Positions 50,101-57,110 of a DNA stretch of 64,000 nucleotides are shown piece after piece. The number at the start of each line of letters is the position of its first letter. The first letter of the stretch is position 1. A program made the position numbers and the translations under genes. Below the pieces are notes generated by a model. The model was not told where the DNA came from and did no database searches. It saw only the letters and a program-made list of their open reading frames with translations. This DNA is from an uncultured bacterium. GTDB taxonomy: Bacteria > Chloroflexota > UBA5177 > JANWHV01. The stretch is taken from positions 128,001 through 192,000 of the forward strand of contig CAWHAE010000008.1 in the NCBI GenBank assembly GCA_963827235.1, given 5' to 3'.

Positions 50101-50611
50101 TCGTGGTGGAAGCGGCCATGCCATCTACGTACACCGTGGCGCTGCCCGAGCCAACGGGGAAGCCGCAGCCCGTAGCCGTCACCTGCTGTCCAATTGCTGC
50201 CGAGCCGGGCGAAAGGGTCAGGGTGCCTATGCCAGTCGAGGACGATTCGACGGTCAGGGTGCCGTTGTCCGAAGCCGTGCCGATAGTCACGAACACGTCC
50301 ACCGAGGTCACGCCGGAGCCTAGGCCGGGCACCGCGAACGTAACGACGTAGCATCCGGCGCTGCCCGACGCCGTCATGCTTGATACCGTGGCCGAGACGC
50401 CGTCCACGAGGACCGTGGCACCGCCGGCGCCGACCGGGAAGCCGCAGCCCGTGGCCGACACCGATTCTCCGATCGTGGCTGAGCTCGGCGAGAGCGCCAG
50501 CGAATCAGCCTGCACACTGCTCGCGGCCGCAGGCGCCAACGCGACCAACACGCTGCACAGCAATAGCGCCGAGAGCCTCTTGCCGGTGAGAAAGGAGACT
50601 GCAGCCATCAT
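47150..50611 (-). CDS. Large secreted surface protein: signal peptide, Ig/IPT-like repeats, Thr/Pro linker and DUF5719-like C-terminal region
   Basis: Signal peptide ending VQA-D, five 93-aa repeats, and TYFAEGYT / WYLAEGS..FQEY...YNP repeats. Confidence 0.85.
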   Translation of the reverse strand: MMAAVSFLTGKRLSALLLCSVLVALAPAAASSVQADSLALSPSSATIGESVSATGCGFPVGAGGATVLVDGVSATVSSMTASGSAGCYVVTFAVPGLGSGVTSVDVFVTIGTASDNGTLTVESSSTGIGTLTLSPGSAAIGQQVTATGCGFPVGSGSATVYVDGMAASTTSVAQTGGSGCYAVAFTVPDVTTSATSADVLVTIGTVAASGTLTVGGSSTGAGSLTLSPTSAAIGQQVTATGCGFLTGAGSATVYVAGVSITTTSLTPTGSTGCFSVTFTVPTVSFGSTSADVLMMVGSVVDEGTLQIGTSTAGTGSLTFSPASAAAGQQVTASGCGYPAGSGSATVYVEGTAADATSTMATGVSGCYDVAFLVPTLTSADTSATVLVMIGGVADSGSLIIGSSIAGTGGLTFAPTSAAVGQQVTASGCGFATGATSAMVSVDGLAATESGITETTTPGCYDVAFIVPALTSGTTSADVLVMIGGITDSATLPIGTTSSTAALTALPATVAAGASFTVTGSGFTADSWVTVSAFGSSQSATPIGGTFTATVSVPVTTTAGDYTVSAVSTAGDNASTGISVTAPSIEFETSPDSAVPGQTIAISGTGFIAGEQVAISLAQASAAPAAIASTMQVFQADSTGSIYDVQYMVPNVDAADYLLLAAGQTSGKIQVTAFSVLAGATTATETATAQPSPTETPTITASPSPTASPSATVPVLPTIGTAPSTTYFAEGYTGTSEVDGKVTFVEQLYFFNPTSTTAEVTTRYAVYDSATRSSTIVAKQDTIAPGATISRSVNNDVGNDRIVSATVRSSTGVLAEEVINRTRSDGTQLDGGSSPGLAKLADTWYLAEGSAGQSFQEYAVLYNPGSTASKAEIRYLPSGAPVPAAMPVTVPAGGQTTINVAGLYDKMMPTGSRDIALQVTSDRPIAVDRVMYWGAGDGSAKYGFSMAPAIATGSTSQSFSSLPSASGSQAFVAVLNPNSGVANVSLKLLDASGNILATAQAATEGSQRHTFDVASILPGDHGNVTGILSSDTPVIAEAPIYFGGSPNAGSIPGMVEQGSNGSLDGATVDLSAGPALLRVYNPGGSAVRVQVSLGSSAGNAAAFDGSVAAGTTKDVQVSSAGEAQGIILLASGDVASAFVSGGVGSSSIYGEQLT
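49105..50500 (-). repeat. Five intragenic tandem repeats with a 279-bp (93-aa) period
   Basis: The GCG(F/Y) codon block recurs at about 50438, 50159, 49880, 49601 and 49322. Confidence 0.85.
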
Positions 50612-51331
50612 GTGCCTTTCTATGGGATCGAGATGGACCCTGGAACTGCTTCAAGAGGTTTCACGGGGATGTGAGGTGTCGCGCCGGCGAGCACATCTTG
50701 CGAAGACGTCGCCTCCACGCGTGACAGCGACGTGATCCTTGCTGGACCGTATTGCCCGACGGTTATCGGCACATCGGCATGCTGGACACCAATTCGGCTT
50801 GCCGATAGCCTATGATTGAGCGGGCGGCAATGCAGCACGCCGACACTGGCCCTGGCGCAGCGCGGTTCCTTGGGGAGTAGCCTCACACTGTCATCGCCTC
50901 CATAATACACGCCGGTCAATTATCGTTCATCGGACTGGCGTGACAGATCGATGACAACTAACGGCAACTCACTCCGAATCTCAGCCTTTCCCTACTTGCG
51001 ACTTCGACACTGTGCCAATTGATGGGCGGATTCAGACCATTTGCGCCGCTGCCCGACGTTCAGTTGCGACATCCTTGCCTGAAGAACGGAGTCAGTCTGC
51101 TCATTCACGGGTAATCTCCGCCAGACGCCAACGCTGATCTGGCCTGAAGAGCGAGTGCGGTTGTGGCGCGATGCCGGGGCGCGCCACACGGCGCGCCACG
51201 CAGGCGGCGGCCTTCAGACCGCTGTTGCTCCTCCCGCCGTCTTTCTCACTCGTCGGGCAGATATGCGATGACACCGGCGGGCGGCATGCGCGAGCATGCC
51301 ACCCATTCGAATCCTAGCCTTGTTCTCCGAC

Positions 51332-51343
51332 GTACAAATGTTC
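51332..51343. promoter_or_regulatory. Second putative LexA box with no obvious target gene
   Basis: GTAC-AAAT-GTTC, the same type as the box at 35256. Confidence 0.45.
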
Positions 51344-51779
51344 CACATCTTGGGCTACATATTGGACATGCCGGCGGCTCAAAGCGGCTCCGCTGAGTCC
51401 GCTTCCTGGCTCGATAGTCGCCACTGCAGCCATATTGACGCTGGCCGGACACGCATTTCTGGTGGTCGGGACCGCTTCTTGGTCGCAAAATCCATGGTCG
51501 CGCAGCCAGATCGGGCACCGCCGTCAAGGTGGGCGGAGAATGAGCCTAGCAGATAGACCCTGGGCTAGCGCTGGTCTCGTTTCGGGAGGAAGTAGACTTC
51601 AGGGCGCGTTCACCGCGCCACCGGCCCTACCTCAGGCGTGAGGAAGGCTTGCCGATCCGTCACGGTTTCGCCTGCGACTTGGTGGTCTCTGGCTTCATCT
51701 GGCTGCAGATTGCCACACTTCTGCGCTGCCGTTCTGAGCCGAGCAGCATAGCCTTCCTTGCTCGCGCTTTCATTGCCGG

Positions 51780-52716
51780 CTACCTTATTGCAGTGCCCGA
51801 CAAACGCGGCTCCCGGAAGGCGGTAAGATCGTCAAACTCGCGCAGCACAGTCCTATGGATCGCCAGTGGCAGCGGTTCGGAGAGCTGTAGCTCACTAGTG
51901 GCGTCCAGCATGGCTCCCTTTAGTTTGGCGCGCGCGGTGCCGTCGGGCTCTCCTTCGACGTAGCTGAGCGTTACGTGTGCCCGGAATGCATGCTTCCTGA
52001 CAACGCCGAGTTGCTGCAGTCTGCGATCACCGTAGATCGACTCCCGGACGCGCATCACCCGCAGATAGGCGTCTGCATCGTCCACATTGCCGCACATCTT
52101 GGCCACAGCCACCACTGCCGGCCCGAATAGACTCAACCCACGCACGCCAAGTCCGTGGGGGCTTGGGGGCTGGCAATCTCGGCAGAGGTGCGGTCGCGAT
52201 CGAGGGAGTGCATAGCGAGTAGCAATTCTCGAGTCTCTTGACTGAGCGGTTCGTCAGAGCCGTTGGCTGCGGTCGTCCTAATGTTCATTTGTTGCATATC
52301 GGACCCAGCGATCTGGTCAGCTATGGTGATGTGGAAGCTCGACGGCGGAACCGGAGCGAAGTCGATGTCTGACAGAGCCTGGACAAGCCTTGCCTGCAGC
52401 TCTGCAAGCGCAGCATAGGTTCTGACGTTCAGGCGCTGCACTATCGACGTCTTGCGCAGGCGCGACAGGTCGTCCGAAGCTTCGCGTGAAGCACAGGCAC
52501 GATACTGTTTCGGTCCTCGCAGAATGGTGGAGTGATCACTGTATATCCGGCGAAGGCAACGGGCCCCCACGCGCCGGTAGCTGGGTCTCTTGCAAACCTG
52601 GAGGCCGACCGAGGCTCGTCAGACCCCTGCAGGTCATCTACCATCCCATAGATAGTATCCTTCCCGACAATGTCCTCCACCCCACCTTGATACACGCTGA
52701 ACACATCGTCGTTCAT
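51780..52716 (-). pseudogene. DUF1868-like 2H phosphoesterase split over three frames
   Basis: F.GYTVITPP..ED (frame 1), PVPPSSFHITIAD (frame 2), and R..IY....L..LG....F.AHVTLSY...LREFDDLT (frame 3). Both HxT motifs are intact. The shifts are at about 52514 and 52165. Confidence 0.75.
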
Positions 52717-53084
52717 GTTCTGTCCACTTGTCCCAGAAGCCACTGTCTCCAGTTCTATATTTCCTGCTGAGGCACGTATTGCATGGGAGTCTGCGGTTCC
52801 GCGCCGGCGCCACCGGACTGCAGCATGTGTCGCGTCTTTGGAAGCGGTGCGGCCATCGCTCTCATTTGAGTCTGATTCTCGGCCTGATTCTCGCGCTCCC
52901 TAATAGGGGTGACAGTATGTCGGATGCTGGCTACCTCCACGGCAAGGAGGTAGGCGTGCAACAGATCGAAGTGGTCGAGAATCGAAGTGACGTGGGTGGC
53001 TTTCGAGGGGGATTACCGGGAGCCTGCCGACGGTGGCGGCGGACGGAAAGCCGCTGGATGGCGAGTCTCCGCGGCGGCCCTCTC

Positions 53085-53711
53085 TCAGAACTCGCGCCGC
53101 CCTTCGATCGCTTGCTTGAGCGTGTGCTCGTCCGCGAACTCGAGATCGCCTCCCATGGGCAGGCCGCGCGCCGGCCGCGTCACTCTGGCGTGCTCCGGCA
53201 ACGTGGCGAGGCGGCGCGTGATGTACATGGCAGTCGCGTCGCCTTCCATAGAGGGATTGGTGGCCAGGATCACCTCGTGAATGCCGCCACCGGCGACCCT
53301 GGAGACGAGCTGTTCGATCTTCAGCTCACCGGGACCGATACCGTCCATGGGTGAGATGGCACCGTGCAGCACATGATAGAGCCCGCGATAGCTCATCGTG
53401 CGCTCGAGTGCGAGAATGTCGAGCGGCTGCTCGACCACGCAGAGAGTTCCGCGGTCGCGACCAGGATCGGAGCAAAGGGAGCAGGGGTCCATCTCAGTCA
53501 AGTTCCAGCAGACGCTGCAATAGACGATGCGCTCCTTGACCTGGAGGATGGCATTCGCCAGCAGCCTCGCCTCGTCGACCGGCTCGCGCAAGATGAAATA
53601 TGCCAGTCGTTGGGCCGTCTTCGGTCCTATGCCGGGCAATTTGCCGAGCTCGTCGATGAGTTGGACCACGGATTCGGCTACCGATGCCGTGCCGGGCTGC
53701 GAGTGATACAT
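53085..53711 (-). CDS. recR: Recombination mediator RecR
   Basis: Motifs LPGIGPKTAQRLA, C4 finger, CVVE, YHVLHG and EVILATNP..EG.ATA. Confidence 0.97.
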   Translation of the reverse strand: MYHSQPGTASVAESVVQLIDELGKLPGIGPKTAQRLAYFILREPVDEARLLANAILQVKERIVYCSVCWNLTEMDPCSLCSDPGRDRGTLCVVEQPLDILALERTMSYRGLYHVLHGAISPMDGIGPGELKIEQLVSRVAGGGIHEVILATNPSMEGDATAMYITRRLATLPEHARVTRPARGLPMGGDLEFADEHTLKQAIEGRREF

Positions 53712-53872
53712 GGCGTCCAGTCCTCAGCTAGACATCGGCCACCGAGAACGCATCGAAGCCACGCATTCGCGACTGAGCGTCGCAAGGTGCACACACGAAA
53801 TGAACTCTCTCGCGCACATTCGCGAAAGCCGGCGAATGCCGCCAAGTCTCCGGCGCACGGCTTGCACGCGAC

Positions 53873-54190
53873 TCAGAACGGCAGGTTCATTCCGCCCGTG
53901 ATTGCTCCGAGCTTCTCGGCCTGACGGGCCTTGGCTTTCTCTAGGGCATCGGTCACCGCGCTCAACACCAGATCTTGCAGCATTTCGACGTCCTCAGGAT
54001 CGACGACGTCCTTGCTAATCTCTATGCTCTTCAGCTCGAGCTGGCCGGTAACCGTGGCCGTGACTGCGCCGCCGCCGGAGGATCCCTCGACGACCTCTTC
54101 AGCCAATGCCTGCTGCGCCTTCTCCATCTGGGCCTGCATTTGCTGAGCCTGGCGCATCATGTCTCGCATTGCACGTTGATCGAAGCCCAT
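53873..54190 (-). CDS. ybaB: YbaB/EbfC nucleoid-associated protein
   Basis: QAQQMQ...SGGGAV...DPEDVEMLQDL, in dnaX-ybaB-recR synteny. Confidence 0.95.
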   Translation of the reverse strand: MGFDQRAMRDMMRQAQQMQAQMEKAQQALAEEVVEGSSGGGAVTATVTGQLELKSIEISKDVVDPEDVEMLQDLVLSAVTDALEKAKARQAEKLGAITGGMNLPF

Positions 54191-54221
54191 CAGCGTATTC
54201 CTTTTCTCTTGATCTGCATGG

Positions 54222-56054
54222 CTAGATATCGTGCTCGCGCTCGCCGCCCAGAGCCTTCGCCTCGGCGGCCATCTCATCGACGTATTCCAGTTCGGCCAGG
54301 TCAGCCCGCCGGACGGTCGGCTCATCGATCGTAACACAGCGCACACCCCACTGGCCACCAAGCACTTCGCTCACGGCGTCCTCGATGGTCTTGCGGATGG
54401 CAGGCATCTCCACCTGCGAGCGATAGAAAGACTGCGATTGGCGGAACGGCAGCACGAGCACACTGTCCTCGACCTGGATCAGCTCGGAGATCACCGTTTG
54501 CGCGACCGCGTGCACCCTCGGTTTGTCGCTCTCGCTCAGCCGGCGCAAGACCATGGGCCAGCGCGGCCGCGCGTCGAACGGTGCGCCGCCCACCGAATCG
54601 TGGCGCACATCGGGCTGTGCTGCGCCGGCAGCCGTGGGATCCCGCCCATCCGGCACCTGGGAGCCCAGTGTTTCGGCTTCCTTCGCCGATGAAACTCGAT
54701 CCCGGTCCACCACGCCGCGGTAGACCTCGAGAGTCGGCGCTTCCTCGCGAAGCGCCGGATCAGCCGTTGCAGCGGCGGCAACAATGGGCCGGGCGTCCAG
54801 CTCGTCCGCGGCCGCTACACGCGCCGTTGTCCGCGCCTCGGAACTGGGAGGCTCGGTGGCGGACCATCCGGCCGCCTGGGATGCGGCGGTGACGGCCGGC
54901 CTAGCCACATCTGACGGCGGTACGGCACTCTGCCCGCCGAAGCTGAGAGTTGCCTGGGCAATCGCCGCCTCCAGGGCCCAGCGCGGGGAATCAGACCGTC
55001 GCGCACCTGTCTCTACCGTCATGAGAGTGTAGAGCACCGGAACTATCTGCTCGGCCCGGCACCGCGCCACGCTCGGCTCTTCTACGGGCTTCTGCCGCGC
55101 GCGGGCAACCAGGGCATCGCGCCAGTAGCTGGCAAGTTGCCTGGAAAGCTGTCGCGGGTCCACGCCACTCTCCATCAGGTCCCCAGCGACCAGGAGCGCC
55201 CGTGCCAGGTCGCCGGCAGCCATGGCGCCGGCGAGAGTAGCGACGTGCGCGTTGCGCGCCACGCCGAGCGCCGTCTCCACGTCGGCCAGCACGAGGCGGT
55301 CGCCACAGAAGGAGCGAATCTGCTCGAGCATGCTCAACGCGTCGCGCAGACTGCCTGTGCTCTGTGAGGTGATGAACCGGATCACGTCATCAGCCGCTTC
55401 GATGCCCTCTCGTGCGCACACCAACCGCAGCCGGTTGGCCATTTCGGCGGCGGCAATCGGATGCAGCTCGAGCAACTGGCAGCGCGATCGCACTGTGGCG
55501 GGCACCTTGTGGAGCTCCGTGGTGGCCAGGGCAAACAGGATGTGTTCGGGAGGTTCCTCGAGTGTCTTGAGCAGAGCGTTGAAGGCGCCGATAGACAGCA
55601 TGTGCACTTCGTCGATGATGAAGACCTTGCGCTTGCCTTCAGCCGGTCGAAGATTGACGCGATCTCGCAGCTCGCGTACGTCGTCCACGCTGTTATTCGA
55701 TGCACCGTCTATCTCGACAAGGTCGAGGGACCGCCGCTGCAGCATGCTCACGCAAATAGGGCAAACGTTGCACGGGTCACCGTCTCTCGGTTGCAGGCAG
55801 TTCACGGCCCGCGCCAAGATGCGCGCTGTGCTCGTCTTGCCCGTGCCGCGAGGTCCGGTGAACAGGTAGGCGTGCGCGACCTTGCCGTAGCGGACGGCGT
55901 TGCGCAGCGTCTGTGTCACGTGTCGTTGACCGACCACCTCGTCGAAGGTGAGGGAACGGTACGCGCGGTAGAGGGACGACCGATCGCCGTCGCTCAGGTA
56001 CTGTGACTCGGGTCCCGCCGCCTCGGACGGTGCGAGAGCATTGCCGTCGTCCAC
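54222..56054 (-). CDS. dnaX: DNA polymerase III subunit gamma/tau
   Basis: Motifs LYR.YR..F.EVVGQ, GPRGTGKT, EIDGASN, IDEVHML and SRC. Confidence 0.96.
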   Translation of the reverse strand: MDDGNALAPSEAAGPESQYLSDGDRSSLYRAYRSLTFDEVVGQRHVTQTLRNAVRYGKVAHAYLFTGPRGTGKTSTARILARAVNCLQPRDGDPCNVCPICVSMLQRRSLDLVEIDGASNNSVDDVRELRDRVNLRPAEGKRKVFIIDEVHMLSIGAFNALLKTLEEPPEHILFALATTELHKVPATVRSRCQLLELHPIAAAEMANRLRLVCAREGIEAADDVIRFITSQSTGSLRDALSMLEQIRSFCGDRLVLADVETALGVARNAHVATLAGAMAAGDLARALLVAGDLMESGVDPRQLSRQLASYWRDALVARARQKPVEEPSVARCRAEQIVPVLYTLMTVETGARRSDSPRWALEAAIAQATLSFGGQSAVPPSDVARPAVTAASQAAGWSATEPPSSEARTTARVAAADELDARPIVAAAATADPALREEAPTLEVYRGVVDRDRVSSAKEAETLGSQVPDGRDPTAAGAAQPDVRHDSVGGAPFDARPRWPMVLRRLSESDKPRVHAVAQTVISELIQVEDSVLVLPFRQSQSFYRSQVEMPAIRKTIEDAVSEVLGGQWGVRCVTIDEPTVRRADLAELEYVDEMAAEAKALGGEREHDI

Positions 56055-56193
56055 GCGCTCGTCTCTCCTCAGCCTGACACTCTCGCCGGAAGGCGAACGT
56101 TCCCGGTGCTAGCCGGCTGTGCCGGTCGCCCGTGGCGAACCCCGCGAGACACGTGGTGGCGCGGTGAGCCAATCACCGGCAAGCAAGGTATAT

Positions 56194-56466
56194 GACCGTG
56201 CACCAAACCGTTGAGCGTGCTCGCCCGGCTTTTGCCAGCTCCGCGACTGCGTGCCAGGCTCCCCCGACGCACCCGAAGGACACCCCTTACCGCTGCTTCT
56301 TTCGATCTGACGGGGTTCGTGGGCCTCCGCCGGTCGGGACCAAGCGCGTTGAACGCCGAGGACCAGACAAAGTCCCGAGCAGGGACCACCCGAGAGTCCG
56401 GGATTCCGCCGGCCATATAGCCGGATTGCCGTACAGGGGACGGCTATCCCCCCGCCTAGCACGGTC
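56194..56466 (-). ncRNA. ffs: Signal recognition particle RNA, large (Alu-containing) bacterial type
   Basis: Alu-like 5' end ACCGTGCTAGGCGGGGG..CCCTGTAC, helix 8 GAACCCCGTCAGATCGAAAGAAGCAGCGGTAAG, and a 3' end GCACGGTC that pairs with the 5' end. It lies upstream of dnaX. Confidence 0.9.
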
Positions 56467-57097
56467 ACGTTGCTATGCTACTGTTGCCTGCCTCATGCGT
56501 CAAGGCGTAGCAGCCGTGATCCTCGATAAAGGCTCGCACGCGCTCGGGTACCAGGTAGCGAATCGATTGGCCTGCCCGCACCCGTGCGCGCAGGTCCTGG
56601 GATGCAATCTCGAGCAGTGGCACCTGGACCACTCTCGCGAGGCTGCGCGCGCGGGGATGGATGGCCTCGAGCGCCGTCCAGTCCGGTCCTCGCCAGCCCG
56701 CGCGCAGCATGACAATCGGCTGGTAATCTACCAGTATGCGTGCCGGCTCGAGCCAGCGGTCGAGCTGATTGGCGGCATCGACGCCCAGGATGAACTGAAA
56801 CCGGTCGTCGGGTTGCAAGCCGCGCAGGGTGTCAAGCGTATCGATTGTGTACGACGGCTCCCGGCCATGCAGCTCCATATCGTTGACCGCGAAGCGGGGA
56901 TTGTCCTCGATTGCTAGCTCGACCATGGCCAGACGATTCGCGGCAGACGCACCCGGTGCTTCCAGCTTGAGCGGCTGCTGCCAATTCGGAACGAAGACGA
57001 TCAGATCCAGGCCCTGCGCTTCGCGAACCGCCTCCGCTGCCGCGAGATGGCCGACATGTATCGGATCGAACGTGCCGCCGTAGATGCCGATGCGCGT
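56465..57097 (-). CDS. nadD: Nicotinate-nucleotide adenylyltransferase with a probable non-AUG (ACG) start
   Basis: In-frame RIGIYGGTFDPIHVGHL lies upstream of the ORF-track start. Also SYTIDTL, FILG.D and IAS..LR.RV..GQSIRYLVP. Confidence 0.92.
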   Translation of the reverse strand, partial: TRIGIYGGTFDPIHVGHLAAAEAVREAQGLDLIVFVPNWQQPLKLEAPGASAANRLAMVELAIEDNPRFAVNDMELHGREPSYTIDTLDTLRGLQPDDRFQFILGVDAANQLDRWLEPARILVDYQPIVMLRAGWRGPDWTALEAIHPRARSLARVVQVPLLEIASQDLRARVRAGQSIRYLVPERVRAFIEDHGCYALTHEAGNSSIAT

Positions 57098-57110
57098 TGC
57101 CAGCCTCCGA

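Noticed and set aside
50657-50672. parS-like site GGTTTCACGGGGATGT
   Set aside because: Only the left half matches TGTTTCACGTGAAACA, with too many mismatches.
54222-56054. Programmed dnaX frameshift producing gamma
   Set aside because: No A-AAA-AAG or poly-A slippage tract seen.
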